Assembly (NCBI RefSeq): GCF_018977255.1
Contig: NW_024704743.1
Coordinates: forward strand, 80,044,001-80,108,000
Length of the DNA stretch: 64,000 bases
Source of the DNA: Callorhinchus milii
Lineage: Eukaryota
Direction of reading: 5' to 3'
Shown one piece after another: positions 1-13,830 of this stretch. Position 1 is the first letter of the stretch, and each line of letters starts with the position of its first letter. The position numbers and the translations under genes are program-made. The notes beneath the pieces were generated by a model. It searched no databases, was not told the origin of the DNA, and saw only the letters and a list, made by a program, of their open reading frames with translations.

Positions 1-29
1 TACACAGTGTCTCTTCGACCATGCCATAA

Positions 30-160
30 GCCACCCCCCTTCCCCTCCCCTCCCTTCCCCCCCCAACCCCAGCTCGGGTCTGAAATGCTGTACTCTGTCC
101 AGCACCTTGGGACATCCTCCCGACGTGAAAAGCGCTACCCAAATGTAATCTTCTTGTTGT
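30..160 (+). mobile_element. L2-like LINE 3' terminus fragment
   Basis: C-rich 3'UTR followed by the cagcaccttgggacatcctcccgacgtgaaaagcgct stem-loop and a ttgttg tail, the same as the end of the 4414-5367 copy. Confidence 0.8.
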
Positions 161-470
161 CTGCGGATGACATTACCAAGATGGAGCATGTAGATTAGGA
201 AAAGAAGGGGATCAAAGATGGAGCCCTGGGGTACCCCGCAGGTGACTGGTCGGGGGTGGGAGGAGAAAACCATTTGTTGAGATGAAATGGAGGCGGTTGG
301 TTAAGTAGGATTTGAATCATGCAAGTGCGGTCCCACTAAGGTGGATGAGGGAGGAGAAGTGGTGGAGGGGGACGGCGTGGTCGACTGTGTCAAACGCGGC
401 AGAGAGATCCAGGAGGATGAGGAGGCAAAGGGAACCCAGGTCACAAATAGAGAGGACGCTGTTTGTGATC
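161..470 (-). mobile_element. L2-like LINE RT fragment (degenerate)
   Basis: Minus strand reads GVPQGSIFDPLLFLIYML, the non-LTR RT GVPQGS motif. Confidence 0.8.
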
Positions 471-2411
471 ATAGTTGTTTTTTAAATCACTTCGCCCCTC
501 GCCTCTTTAAGGTCCGCTCAAGACCTTCCTCTTTGAGCCAACTTCAGGCATCATCCCACCCCCATCCTTCTCGAGCCCAACCCCCAGCTCAGGTGAAAAC
601 CCTTGACTGTCCAGCGCCTTGGGACATCCTCTGACATGAAAGGTATTGTATATATGAAATATATTTTTGTTTAATATGATGGGAGCATAAATGAGGGTCT
701 CAGTGGCCTGTGGGGAAAGATACTGGCAGATGCGGGCAATGTTACAGGGAAAGCTGAGGGGGTAGCAGCAACGATGTAAGGTTTTAAGTACAGGTGTGGG
801 GCATGGAATGGGGTTTACAGACATTTTGCGAATTGCTTTGAAACTTTATAGATGCTATATCAAATGGAAGTAATAGCTTTACAAATCACTATATAACAAT
901 CATGAAAAGGATTGCTGTATGATATTTTGACTCTCTAGACTAATTGTGATTTCAATGTCCCTCCAGACTCACTCAATACAGCCTATTTCATTCAGGTCTG
1001 TATGTTCATTGCATTAGGCAGTGCCTCTACCCACTGGACCATTAGAGAAGCTCAGTGAATTCTGCCCTATCATTGTGTCAGTTTATGCTGACTTTCTGTT
1101 GCCCTGTCCTTCAATGCCCACATTGTGCTACTCTGGTTCAATGTCTCCAATTTGATCAAACCGATAATCAGTAAATAGTAAACATCAGTCTGGTCTCCTA
1201 ATGTGAGAAGTGCAATCCTTCTTATGCGCATTCCTGGGAATACAAGCTAATGTGTGTCCGATAGGGGGAGGAAAGACTGTCTCTCTAGCTAATGGCTCTC
1301 CTTTGTCATGGGCTGTGAATCTGGCGTTTGGACTCCGTTTCTTGTTAATAATTGCTGGGATTAATCTCTGGGTGACTCCTCTTTCTATCGTATGGATAGA
1401 TCTCTGGAATCTGCTTGTAGTGGGCCTGGCAATTGGATCTTTACTCTTGTCTACAGTCAATTCACTTTACAGTATATTCTGTGAAGCACTTTGAGATGTC
1501 TCGAAGACATGATAAGGCGCTATATGAAATGCAAGGATTATTACTCAACATCTTCTTATGCTTTGTTTAATGTCTGTGTGCCTTCTTTCTCTCCTGGTTG
1601 GGAAATGTGTACAAAATAAATGAAGCAGCCTCCCCCTCCTTTTTCCCTTCCACTACCCCCTGCAATGCTATTCTCCATGAGTCTGTTAAACTAGGTCTTC
1701 CATTGGACCCTGGTTTGCGAATGGTATCTACAGAGTGGCTGGTAAAAGGGTGACTTTGGAAAGAGTTATTGTCTCTTGAAGAGGTGTTTGGCAAAGTGTT
1801 CAAGAGAAAGAGAGAGTGAATAAAATTGCACAGATTATGTCATCACACAGAGGCCTCCCAGGTTCTGGTGTGGGGTTGCGGTCCAGGCTGAAACCTAGAA
1901 TAAGTGAGTGTTCCAAAAGCACAACTTAAAATAATAAGGGCACACAATGTGATGAGAATGTTCTACAATGAAATGTGGCACAAAATTGTGTATGTAAATT
2001 GATACTTTATTTCAGTAGATATTTTACAATAACTCGCAAAAGTGGTACAATTTTAATCTGGTTTAAATATATTTCAACTGAAACGATTGCTTTCGTCTCA
2101 CCATCCCTCTCAGCACCCACCCACAGCTTAGGTGTCAAGCCATTATTGTTCAGCACCTTTGGACATCCTCCCAACGTGAAAGGCGGTATACAAATGTAAA
2201 TTTGTATTCTGTTGTTGTATTGTATTTCCCCTTACATGACTTGTGACTCTTTAAACTCTTTTTGATAAATGATCTAGTGGAATCAAAAGGTAGAAAAGTG
2301 GGCTACTCCACCCTTTCCTAGAATTTATTTTTATTTTCCTTCCATGCTTTCCGCCTTTCAACTTGTTCGCTTGCAAAAACATACCGAAATAATTACAATA
2401 ATTTACTAATA

Positions 2412-3018
2412 ATAACGGGACTTGGACTCACACAGTCTGGGCTGTCACTCCAATACAGTGCTAGGGGTGTATTGCATTGTCGAAAGGTGTTGTCCTTCAA
2501 CAACAACAACAATATATTTGAATAGCAACTTTCACGTTGGGAAGATGTCCCAAGGCCCTGGACAGTCAGTGTTTTGGACCCAAGCTGGGGATCGGGACTG
2601 GGGAGGGTGGAGGGCATAGCGGGGGGAAGAAGGTTGATCGAAAGCATGGTTGAAGAGTGGGGTCTTGAGATGGGTCTTGAAGGAGGCAAGGGAAGGGGCT
2701 AGGTGGAGGGACTGCGGGATGAAGTTCCAGAGAGTGGGGGTAGAATGCAGAAGGCCCACCTGCCAATGGTGGGGCGGACGAGGTGGGGGACATGAAGCAG
2801 ACCGGAGCAGAAAAGGGAGTTTCTCCTGTTATACTGGCCAACAATCCTCCAAATAATACTGGCATTTGCTTCAAGGCTGTTTGTGAGACATTGCTGTGTT
2901 AATTGGCCTACTGCGTTCGCCTACAACAGTCAATCCGTTTCACAGTAAATCCCATGAAACGCTTTGAGATATTTTCTTGATGCGAAAGGCACTGTACCAA
3001 ATGAAAGAATTATTATTA
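2412..3018 (+). mobile_element. Deu-domain SINE interrupted by an antisense L2 3' fragment (2498-2810)
   Basis: ggctgtcactccaatacagtgct...ggtgttgtccttc on the left; resumes at gggagtttctcctg...ggccaacaatcc and ends in an attatt tail. Confidence 0.7.
2498..2810 (-). mobile_element. L2-like LINE 3' end
   Basis: (AAC)n tail at left; minus strand encodes PTLWNFIPQSLHLAPSLASFKTHLKTPLFNHAF, the L2 ORF2 C-terminus. Confidence 0.85.
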
Positions 3019-4149
3019 CTGTAAATACACTGTAACTGAACTTTTCAGTTCATCCTCTGAAGCACTTTGAGACATTTTAATGATGTGATGAAGTGCTAGA
3101 TCAAATGCAAGGATTATTGTTAGTTTTTTTTGTCAGCTGGGTGGGTATCAAAGCCAACCTAAACCTGCTCTCACCTGTTGTCCAAAAATACACTCTCCGG
3201 CAGAGGTCCCTAGACAGGGATCACGAGGAGAACTCTGTTTTTCTCCACTTTAATCCAGGTAAACTGATGTCGGTTGAAGTGCCTCAATAGCCACCAACAA
3301 TGTTAGTCTTTTATCTATAGTAAAAAATACTAATCCTTGTGTTTAGTGTAGTCTGGGAGAAGTCGCAAAACACTTCACAGGATTTACTGTAAAGTGTAGT
3401 GATGGTATATTTTGTAGACAAGCACTTTATCTGCTGGGAAAAGTGATTAGCGAAAGCAGATAAGGCGTTTGCTGTCACAGTTAGTGAAAATTGCTGTCAG
3501 GGCTGATGCACAGGCTAAACCAAGTATAAGCGAGTCCACAGAGACACACCCTAAACGAATAAAGACGCAGATGGACCTTTAGTGATTCAGATGCCATTTG
3601 CATCCATTATGTAATACAGTCCAGCAGGCTAACAATCTGCTGGGCCTTGGAATAATGTATTATTGTTTACAGGAGAAAGGGACAGAGGAAAATGAACTAC
3701 TCAAGGCTAAATAGATTGACCACAAACCTATTCTTCATTCTTCGAAGACCTTTCAAATCAGTCCTCCTGCTGATCAGCCAACAATCGATCTGTGGGCATT
3801 TGCATCTTCACAATGAGATTAGTGACACACTGAAAATCTGCATTTGCCTAGGTTGGGTAAGCAGACCTCACAAAACCTTTTTAACTACTCAATGATTGGG
3901 AATTGTAATCTTATAATTTCTCATTTTGAAAGAAGCAGCTTAACCCACAAATGGCCAGATGTCCTTGTAAAGAAACCAGCATTCAGAAAGCAAGTCTTAT
4001 CCTTTGAGACCAAAAGTTTGAACTTTTGACACTGAAGGAATTGCTTACAATTGTTGACAACCTTTCTTTCCTCTTTCATTACAGCGTTTGCTACGGGAAA
4101 TGCCAAATCTGTAGTTTATGTTTTATTTATCACATTGACCTGGGATGTT

Positions 4150-4400
4150 GAGATGTTACACCAAGATCCACTCTACCTGTTCAGGTGAATGTTAAAGATC
4201 CCATGGCACTATTTGAAAAGAGAAAGGAATATCTTCCGATGTCCTGGCCAACAATCCTCCAAATAAAATTGGTCATTCACGTTATGGTTGTTTGTGGGAC
4301 CTTGCTGTGTGCAAGTTGGCTGTCGCACTTGTCTACAAAGACACAGCCACTAGATTTCACAGAAAATTGTGAGAAGAGATTTGAGATGTATCACAAGAGA
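4150..4400 (+). mobile_element. Deu-domain SINE, 5'-truncated
   Basis: Deu core cctgttcaggtgaatgttaaagatcccatggcactatttgaaaagaga...gtcctggccaacaatcc. Confidence 0.75.
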
Positions 4401-4413
4401 ATAGGGCTCTAAT

Positions 4414-5367
4414 AGGCCTGGACGAGAGACAACTTTCTTCAGCTCAACGTGCGAAAAACCGAGGCCCTCCTGATTGGCTCACGTCAGCGCCTCCGCACCT
4501 CAGGCGCCGACACCATCAGCATCCAAGGCTGCACTCTCCACCTCTCAAAGCCAGTCAGGAACCTCGGCGTTTTGTTCGACCCTGAGCTGTCCTTTCTCCC
4601 TCACATCCGCACCACAACTGGCACCGCCTTCCATCACCTCCGGAACATCGCCAGACTACGGCATTACCTCACCCCTCACGCTGCTGAAACCCTGGTCCAC
4701 GCCTTTGTCACCTCAAGGCTGGACTATGGGAACTCTCTCCTCGCCGGCCTTCCCGCCACCTCCCTCCACAAGCTGCAGGTCATTCAGAACTCTGCAGCTC
4801 GTGTACTGTCCCTCACCAGGCTTCGTCACCACATCACTCCCACCCTCGCTCGCCTCTACTGGCTCCCCATCCCCCAGAGGATCAAATTAAAGATCCTCAT
4901 CCTCACCTACAAGGCCATTCACGGCCTTGCTCCCTCCTACCTCTCCAACCTACTATCCCCCTACCTACCTGCCCGTACCCTCCGTTCCTCCGGCTCCGGT
5001 CTGCTCCACGTCCCCCGCCCCAATCGCCCTACCATTGGTGGTCGGGCCTTCAGCCTCTCAGCCCCGAGGCTCTGGAACTCTATCCCCCAGTGCCTTCGCC
5101 GCCTCCTCCCTTTCCTCCTTCAAGGCCGGTCTCAAAACCTTTCTCTTTGACCGAGCCTTCAGCTCCCCTCTCGACTCTCTTCCCCCTTCTCGCTCCCTCC
5201 CATCCCTCCCCTCACCTGACCATTTTCCCCCTCCTCGCTCCCTCCCCTCCCCTCACCCTGACCATTTCCCCCCTGCTCGGGTCATGACCCAACTGTGCAG
5301 CGCCTTGGGACGTCCTCCTGACATGAAAGGCGCTTTATAAATGGAATCTTGTTGTTGTTGTTGTTGT
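4414..5367 (+). mobile_element. Young L2-like LINE, 5'-truncated (~950 bp), ORF2 C-terminus
   Basis: ORF 4449-5150 has KTEALLIG, VRNLGVLFDPELSF, LVHAFVTSRLDYGNSLLAGLP, LQVIQNSAARVL, GGRAFSLSAPRLWNS; C-rich 3'UTR, terminal stem-loop and (TTG)n tail. Confidence 0.95.
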
Positions 5368-6042
5368 AAAATGGCTGAAATACTTGCAAATGTCTATTAG
5401 AAGACAGATTCTGCAATATCAATGAGCAGCAAATATCAAGCTGTTTAAATTGCTCAATTTTCCACACATTTTATTATATAAAGCGAAGAATTTAAATTCA
5501 TCAGTTATCCCACATTTCATATTGCTTTTGTGCTACTCGTCCTGAAGCAATTGGCTATTAATAATAACAATCCTTGTGTTTAATACAACGCCTTATCACA
5601 TTGTTGAAACATTGCAAAACTCCTCACAAGAATTTACTTCTTCTGCTTTTTTCTGCTTAAAAAAACAAAAGAATTTAACTTACATCCTTTTTCCTTCAGA
5701 TTTTATCTGTGATGCAAACTCTTAAGCAAGGAATGCTCTTTGAGAGCAGTGGATCTGGCCATGGGAGTAAAGATGTTACTACAGCAGTTAAAGAATGTTG
5801 CAGGTGATAATCCAATTGAACTGCAAACATTGGGATGACATTAAAATTACTGTACAGATTTGTTTCCCATTTCCCAGCCCTACAGGTCATGTAGCTGCAA
5901 AATGGTTTGAATCACAGTGAGTCAGTTGAATGCCTCTGAGTTGGGATTCTTTAAAAATTACAATCACTGTGAAGGAGTTTTGATTCAGGCCTTGGTAGCA
6001 TGACCCAAAGGATCTTAACCAACTCTTATTCAGAATTCTGAC

Positions 6043-6300
6043 TGGTCAGGCGGATGTCTGTCATACACAGAAAACCATCACCGTGATTAAGAGTATCCAA
6101 ACCAGACTGAGAGTTCCACATATATATGCTACTTACATATGGAAATTCCCCTGTGACTGGAATAGAAGATGTGATCTCTCCCAGGAGAAACGCACCCTTA
6201 TTCCGAAGAGTATGAAAGTATCAGGTACAGAACTGGGAAGTGCCAAGGTTTGGAGATCCCCGAGTGTGCACTGGTGTACTGCTGGCACTTAATCAGCTAA
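6043..6300. repeat. Unclassified old ~250-bp interspersed repeat (family E), copy 1
   Basis: Shares ggtcag..ggtgtc, taagagtatccaaac, gaaagtat.aggt and ctgctgg...agctaaa blocks with 19768, 21170 and 58592. Confidence 0.7.
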
Positions 6301-8132
6301 ACAACAACAAAATTACATTTGTATATTGCCTTTCACGTCGGGTGGATGTCCCAAGGTGCTGGATAACCAAACCTGCATAGCTTTAAATTTGCTTTCATTA
6401 AAAACTAGGTGGAGTAATGCATTTGAGTTTGTGGGATGATCCTTAATGCTGGTATTAAAAATCTACTTATATTTTATATAGTTCCCATAACGTCTCAAAA
6501 TACTTCACAAGGAAGTGCTGTAAAATAGTGATAACAGCCAATTTGTGGCCACAATGTTGCTTTTATAATACAATTCTGCCGTCAGATGTAGGCCCACCTC
6601 TGGAGATGTTATGTGATATAAATGGTTGTTATTTTCTGTGACAAAACCCTTTTTTGGAGTTAGATCGCTCATTGCTTCTGCAAAGAGATCGTTTTCTATA
6701 ATAAAAAGTATGGGTGCCGGTGTGATCAGACAATTGTGCAAACATCTGACGTCATGATGAAAGTAGTGTAATGACATTAGAGGTTCACACATGAGGAAAA
6801 TGATTTCAGACTATGTTTTGTGACCTCCACTACCCCGATAACATAATAGGAACTGGAAAAAGCTGGGTGCAAAGTTGCCTGATATTCAGATGCCTCTTGT
6901 GGCATCTGATACCGTTGCTTGGTTCATAAATATGATTTTCTAATGATGTGCGTGTTCAAGGGCGAGCGCAGTATCATGCTATTTATACAATGAAGTTACA
7001 CAATCGCATATGCTCAGAATTTTTTTTCCAGCAACCTCCCCACCCCCACTGTGAAGTACGGAATGAAAGTTTGTGTGGCAGTGGTCGAACTGTGACAGCT
7101 CCTCCAGTTTAGCACTGAAGTTAAGCCTCTGGAACCATATAACAGTGGCATGCATTTCACAGTCATGCGGCTAATGAGTCAAAGGGTTGTGAAGTTAATA
7201 AAAAAAGATGCCTCATCAATCAACTGAGGATAGATCTGTGGGAATCAGCCAAGGATGAAAATGTGTTAAACGATTGCTACGGAAATGGACAACATCTTGC
7301 GAGTGAGGTGAAATACCTGAACAGGATAGATAGGGACTATTTACACTTTATTCATGGTATTTTAGTTTGATTCTTCTTCTCACCCTCAGTCACCCTCATT
7401 TGACGTAACCTTAATCCATATGAAAGTACCATGAAGTAACAATGCTTCAGTAAAACAGTACCATTCCACGCCACATAGAAATCGGTGGGAAATCTTTCAG
7501 AAGTTGGATTTATGCCAGAGTTCAAAGAGGTTGAGATGACATTGCCGTGGGCATTAGATGGAGCTCCAACATGCAGACAGTTGTCTGTACATGCAAACCT
7601 TTTATACTTAAAGCTCCACCTTGATAGTTGGATTGTACTTCAGTTATGAATTTTATTCTACATTCCCAGCACCAGAAACATCAGAAATATTACAGTTAAT
7701 ATTCATTATTGTCTAGCACATTATATTACAGTGGGGCAGGCAGGGCGGGGGGGGTGGGCTGTAATATAAATGTACAAATGGCACCAGGGCACTGGAAAGA
7801 GTGCTTGAAAATAAAAAATACAATTCCTGCAGGGAATCCTGTGCACAATACTCTGACCAGTGGGAAATTGTCAAAATCCTCTTATAGGCTCCTTCTTCCA
7901 ATGCTTTTGGAAAATTCATATAAACCACTTTCCTATTTTTTGATCACCTATTTGCTCTGCTTCATTCCCCTGAACCAGGCTAAGTATTGCTTCTTTACCA
8001 TGTTGGAGTAGCAGCATATTGAATTTGAAAAGAATCCTGAACATGGCAAAGACCTCCACTTTCTCATCACAATTATTTTCTCTATCCTAGGCTATTTCGC
8101 CCACATACAGTCAGTCACTCTACTTTACCATA

Positions 8133-8508
8133 TATAATAATAAAATCCTTGCATTTGGTATAACGCCTTATCACTTCTTCGAGACGTCTCAAAGCGCTTC
8201 ACAGAATATACTGTAAAGTGAATTGACTGTATATTTGTGGGCGAAATGCGGCAGCAATTGTGCACAGCAGTGTCTCACAGAGTCATGGATTGAGTGACCA
8301 ATTTATTTTTATTTTTTGGAAGGAGGAATAATTATCTCTGGAAAAGCGATCTGCCAATTGGCAAACAACCATGTTCCTACTCACTGCTGGGTAAACAGAG
8401 GCATGTGGAGCAAAGAAACTTGCCCAACGTTTCGCCCTGCCAGGGAATCGAATCCAGGTCTCTCGCTTGTGAAACGAGTGCTCTAACCACTGAGCTCCAG
8501 CACTCCGC
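8133..8508 (-). mobile_element. tRNA-derived SINE (long subfamily), inserted antisense into the tail of a + strand SINE
   Basis: Reverse complement begins ggagtgctggagctcagtggttagagcactcg (A box), has a ggattcgattcc B-box-like segment and ends in a ggattttattatt tail. Confidence 0.9.
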
Positions 8509-9379
8509 TGTATCCTGTGAAGCACTTTGAGATGTCTTCCTGAATGGAGAGGTGCTATACCAAATGTAAGATTTATTATTATTATTTTAGGATAATTAAA
8601 ACCTCCTATGATGATAAGCTAATTAGTAATTCACATGTCTCTAAATTGTCTATCAATGTCATTCTTAATTTCCTTTCCACTGTTCAGCAGTCAATAAATA
8701 TCCTTATGTGCATGGGGTTCCCTGCACAAGAGGTGCTTTATATCCTGAGGCATTCTGGCATCCATCCATCAATTATGCTGCGACTTTCCTTTTAGCAGTT
8801 TTTCAATCCAATGTTTAAGTTCACACATGAAGAATGGCCAAGATAATAGGAATTAACCGACAGCATGGAGCCTTTACTCAGCACCATCAGGACAGGAGGG
8901 GAGAAAATTAGAGAAAAAAACAAAAATAAATAAATAATTTTAGACCACCGAATAAAATAGGTGGCTTTAGCCCTGTGACGCTATATGCTAGTTGGTTGTA
9001 ATGACATTAGCAGCAGCATATAAACCCTGCCTGATAAAAATCTGTCCTGTGGATGTATTTTGGCTTCCTCAGCAGCCTCTTCAATGCCTCGGAATTGCAT
9101 GTGAAATTGTACAGGCACCAGCACAGGTCATGCCTCCACAGTGTTCAACATGAAACACACACCGTGCAAATATCAACACAGGAAAAGGAGATTCAAAGAA
9201 AGCAAATAATCTTAGACTGTAGAAAACACATTGAGCTGTTAAAAAAATAATAAAAGTAAATACTTAATTCCAAACCATTCAAAATGCTTTGTATTACATA
9301 AAACCTTTATATGCTGGATTTTGCTCAATTAAATCCAGAGTAGTGATTCACTGCAATTATAAAGAACATATTGTCAATT

Positions 9380-9740
9380 TCAAGCTCATAAACTAGGATG
9401 ACACTCCAGTGCAGTACTTGTGGGAGTGCTGCATTGTTGGAGGTGCTGTCCTTCAGATGAGACGTTTAACTGAAGTCCCATTTCCTGTTAAAGATCCCAT
9501 GGCACTATTTCAAACAAAGAAGCAAGTTTCTTCTGGTGCCATGGCCAACAAACCCCCAGATATAATTGATCATTCACTTCTTGGCTGTTTGCAAATACTG
9601 TATTGCTGTGTGCATATTGGCTGCCGCATTTGCATACAAAATAGTCACTACATTTTACAGTAAATCTTTTAAAATAAAGCCATTTGAGATGTTTCAACAA
9701 TGCAATAAGAAACTGTATGAAATACCATTATTATTATGTT
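9380..9740 (+). mobile_element. Deu-domain SINE
   Basis: gacactccagtgcagtact...ggtgctgtccttcagatgagacgtttaactga...aagatcccatggcactatt, with an attatt tail. Confidence 0.8.
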
Positions 9741-10404
9741 ATCATCATTATTAATAATCATAATAATAACTGTTTTGGAAAGTGTTTCAAGCTAATGATT
9801 CCCTGTAAGCAAACACAACCTGCTCAGGTGCTTTCAGTTAAATTACTACTTTATGCTATTTCAGGCTGGTGAGCCAGAATGTTTGTTAAGACTCCCCAGA
9901 GCTGCTGATACCTGGCAAGAAGCTTGCAATACTTGCTTTGAAATTAACTGCTTTGTACCACTTCACCATTAGTTAGAGCAAGAGTGACTGAATGATGTGT
10001 TACAAACCATTTCATTGACCCAACCAATTCCTGTCCAATTCACAGCTACTCTGTTACCCAGCACATTACATGCAGCAGTGTGTTGCATGTTGATCCAACA
10101 CTATCCATGGGTTCATGAGAATAATACTTATGGAGGATAAAATTGCTACAAGCATTTAATTGTTGTACCTTTAAAGAAATCCTTCAGTTGTTGTATCTTC
10201 TTTAAAAGGCGCTTTGTTTGAATGTCGAAACAATTTATCAGATTCTCCCACAGCAACCAAGCAAAGGTGTGACACCCAGCTGCTTGCCAAACAGGTAAAG
10301 GTTCATCGAGATTAGTCTGAACATCCTGTTAACCCTCAAAGCTGAAACTACCTTTCTGGTTTTAAAATTTAGACTCGAATTCATTACTCTGACAAACCAA
10401 TTAA

Positions 10405-10670
10405 AACATCTGTCTGCCTGTTCAAAAACACGTTAATGATCCCATGGCTCTGTTTGAAAAGAGAAGGCAGTTTCTCGTAGTGACTTTGTTAAGAATGCCC
10501 TAGAGAAAACAAATGCGTTCACTTCAGGGCTGCTTGTGGAACATTGTTGTGCAAACTGGCTGCCGTGTTTGCTTGAAAGTATAGTCACTACACTTTACAA
10601 AAAACTCTTTAATGTACATTTGAGATGTTTCAACGTGAAATGTTATATCAAATGGTAAGATTCTTTTTAT
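10405..10670 (+). mobile_element. Deu-domain SINE fragment
   Basis: tctgcctgttc...gatcccatggctctgtttgaaaagagaagg plus the shared 3' region. Confidence 0.65.
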
Positions 10671-10774
10671 TATGTTCACACATGCAGACTTTCCATCAAT
10701 ATTCATTGATCTGAGATCAAGAGTGGAAATCCTGGCTGCTTTTAATGCCTGTCATGTATTTCGGATACTGTGAA

Positions 10775-11115
10775 TTGTACAGTGATCGGGACAAACACTA
10801 AGCACAGGGGAGGGGAGAGGTGGAAGCGGCAACGGCCACAGGCACAGACGAAGATGTAGGTTTTGAAGTGGGATTAGAAGACAGATAGAGGGGGCGAGAT
10901 GGCGGGTAGCAAGAGAGAGTTCCAAAGGTTAGGGCCTTAGAATCTGAAAGCTCGGTCACTGATGGTGGTACAGCAGGGACTCACAGCAAGCCCGAGTTAA
11001 CTGAATGGAGCAGGAAGCAGAGGAGTGGGGTAGGAAGTCAGAAAGATAGGGTGGTGCTAGAGCATGAAGGGATTTATAGGTGGAGTTGAGGACCTTGAAA
11101 TCAATCCACTGCAGT
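10775..11115 (-). mobile_element. Old L2-like LINE 3' fragment
   Basis: Purine-rich + strand; gaggaccttgaaatcaatccactg is antisense to the L2 IDFKVL motif. Confidence 0.65.
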
Positions 11116-11227
11116 GGGTCTATACAACTGTAATGTTCCTATTGCTACCCCACATGAAAACACCTAATTTACCTCAGAACAGAGATTGTCTTTGAAACCT
11201 TCCTATCCTTATAGCTTGGTTCCACAT

Positions 11228-11500
11228 TATAGATTCATAGAATGTTACGGCACAGATGGAGGCCATTCGGCCCATCGAGTCTGTGCCGGCTCTTTGACAG
11301 AGCAAGTCACTTTCACTAACCCCAATCACCAGCTTTCTCCCCATAACCCTGCAAACCTGTCTTCCCCAGATACCTATCCAGTTCTCTCTTAAAAGCTGTT
11401 ATTGAATCAGACTTCACTACCCTTTCAGGCAGATCATTCCAAATTCGAACAACTCGCTGAGTGAAAAAAATTCTTCTAACCTCCCCTCTGCTACTTTTGA
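11228..11500 (-). mobile_element. CR1-like LINE 3' end
   Basis: catagaatgttacggcacagatggaggccattcggcccatcgagtctgtgccggctc, the antisense CR1 3' end, as at 32486. Confidence 0.85.
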
Positions 11501-12337
11501 CACAGCATTTACTGGCAATGCTATTAACTGAAGCAAGTAACCAGTTTTGAAGGGTGAACCTGTACAGTGAGTGATGAGTGCGTCCTTACCCAGTGCCTTG
11601 CTCTTCCAGCCGCCTTTGATGAACCAGGAAGCCTGATCATTCCCCCTTCTCGCTCTAAATATGGTAACATTAAGACCAATTCTTGTAGTTCCACTGTCAC
11701 CATAATTCAGAACAACTAACGCCAAATAATTAGATTCAAAACCTACGACCTTCCTGATCTGCATGGCTTAATGCCATATCCTATATTGCCTTTACTCAAT
11801 GAGCCATCAGGGAGCTGGTGTCTTGTCTGTCACATCGCTTTCAATGGGTGATCAGATGACAGATTCAGATCACTTAAGCTTTGTTCTTTTGGTGTGTGAA
11901 TATCATTTGACACCCACTGCGAGACTTGTAATTGCTCCTAAGTATGCAGTGTTCACCGTGTAATCCACTGACAGCTATCCAGCACCCTCTACGTACTGAA
12001 CTGTGACTTTGGAAGCTTTACAGGTGACAATAAACAAATTGCTGACATTATTTTTGAAAATGTATGGTTTATCTCGCTGTCTGGGTTCTGTGTGGCTAGA
12101 GGCATACAAAACATGTAGCAAACTGAGTGGAATAACCCACTGTTTCAGAGTCAAAATACATAGGGACTATTATTTGTCATGCGTTATCATTGCATTAACA
12201 GTGTTCACTCAGCCAGACTTATAAGAATGGCAGATTTCTTCTTCCCTTTCCAATTTGCATTTTCCTCCCCACCCCCTCGCCCCCTCCCCCCCACTCCCTC
12301 ACCCTAGCCCCCCACCCACAGCCCCACCGCAAGGGAA

Positions 12338-12530
12338 CAGACTCAAGCTGTGGTATGAATCTACTGGCACCAGTTGCTCTCCAGTACCTCAAACAAGTGA
12401 CCATTCTTCATTCGTGAGCATAGTGTGAGAGCATCAATCAGCTATACAATCAAAGACTATATCACAGGCAAGCTCCATCCTGCTGGCATTAAATGCCCAA
12501 AGACACCCACAATTTCAGATAGAGATCAGA
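12338..12530 (-). repeat. Old SINE-like repeat (family F)
   Basis: caagtgaccattcttcattcgtgagc is antisense to the gctcaca..gaagaatgg block at 28568 and 56500. Confidence 0.55.
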
Positions 12531-12676
12531 TGTCTGAAATTCCTTTGAGTTTTGTCTTAATATTTGCCCACAACATACACGGTCATAATAACCCACAGTA
12601 AAACCCTGTGATAGAATTTGGGTATAAGAATGAGTCATTTTGACAAGGCCCTATGTTAAAGGCAGGGATTATTATA

Positions 12677-12843
12677 TTAGTCTAACTTTAAACATAATTG
12701 TGGAGAATCCTTCGTCAGTTTTCATTTGGAAGCTGGTTCTTTTTAAAAGGTGTAGAAAAACAGCTTCCAAATTGAGATTGCATTTAAGAATTTTTCACAG
12801 TTCTGCATAATCTTATATTTTAAAAGGAAATGGTTTTATAGGC
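12677..12843. mobile_element. Degenerate palindromic MITE (family of 53953-54122)
   Basis: Internal ttggaagctg / cagcttccaa inverted arms and an aaatggttttata end similar to the 53953 copy. Confidence 0.55.
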
Positions 12844-13444
12844 TAAAATCAGGTAAATATTTAGGCACAGAAATGCATTTCCTGTTGAGTTTTAGTTCCG
12901 GCCTGAATAGAAATCAACCTTAAATCTTTTTTGTAAAATCATTGTAAAATAATGAGCCACAGTTTAGCTTATCTTCCAACAAAGTATTGCTTGTTACCTT
13001 CAATGTTAAAAATAAACGCTCAGTTTCCTTATACTCACAACAAGTTCAAGGCTGCTTAGCATTTTCCTCACTGATGTTAGATCCTCCTAGAAAATTGCAT
13101 CCTTTTCCTCTCTAAACCTTTGTGTAATATCGACCTATTTTATCCTGGTAGGAAAAGGGGAAACTGCTGTAATTTAACTTAAATCACCATTCAGGGAACT
13201 GTTGGTTCAAAGGGCATACATTTGTTATTTGGTAGCAGAAAGCTTCAAAAAGCTAATTTGTTAAACAGATTTCAGCAACTTTATTTCCTTGAATGCACCA
13301 AAAGTTCTTGGCATCATAAAATCTGGCACAAAATAGTAATGGAATAACTACATAATAATATTGCTAATAATATGTTTCTCATATATAATATTCTGTTTTG
13401 TCTAAGACTTCAATAAATTCTTGAATGATAGGATTATAAATGTT

Positions 13445-13830
13445 AAACTGAGGTTCTGTCTGCCTGTTCAGGTGAACGTTAAGGATCTTATGGCACTGTT
13501 GGAAAAGAGTTTCTTCCAGATTCCTGGGCAACAGTCCCCAGGTAAAATCAGTCATTTACTTCTTGATTGTTTTTAGGGCACTACTGTGTGAAAATTGTGA
13601 ACATTCACCTAGAAATATAGTCACTACACTTGACAGAAATGAATAAAAATCCTTACATTTGATATAGATCTTCATCATGTAGCTAAAATGTCTCAATGTG
13701 CTTCACAAGATTTTACTGTAAAATGAAGAGGAGGTGTACTTGGAGGGAAATATGTAGAAAAATTATCTATGAAGTGCTCTCGAATGTTTTAATGTTATGG
13801 ACACTATATCAAATACACAAATTATCTATT
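13445..13830 (+). mobile_element. Deu-domain SINE with an antisense SINE tail inserted at ~13642-13757
   Basis: tctgcctgttcaggtgaacgttaaggatcttatggcactg core; host tail resumes at tctatgaagtgctctcg. Confidence 0.7.

Noticed and set aside
4449..5150. 233-aa ORF as a host gene
   Set aside because: It is the C-terminus of L2 ORF2 in a 5'-truncated LINE, with a non-ATG start and an out-of-frame end
5700..5803. Exon candidate (good acceptor; ILSVMQTLKQGMLFESSG...)
   Set aside because: Weak donor (gtgata), unrecognised peptide and no compatible neighbouring exon
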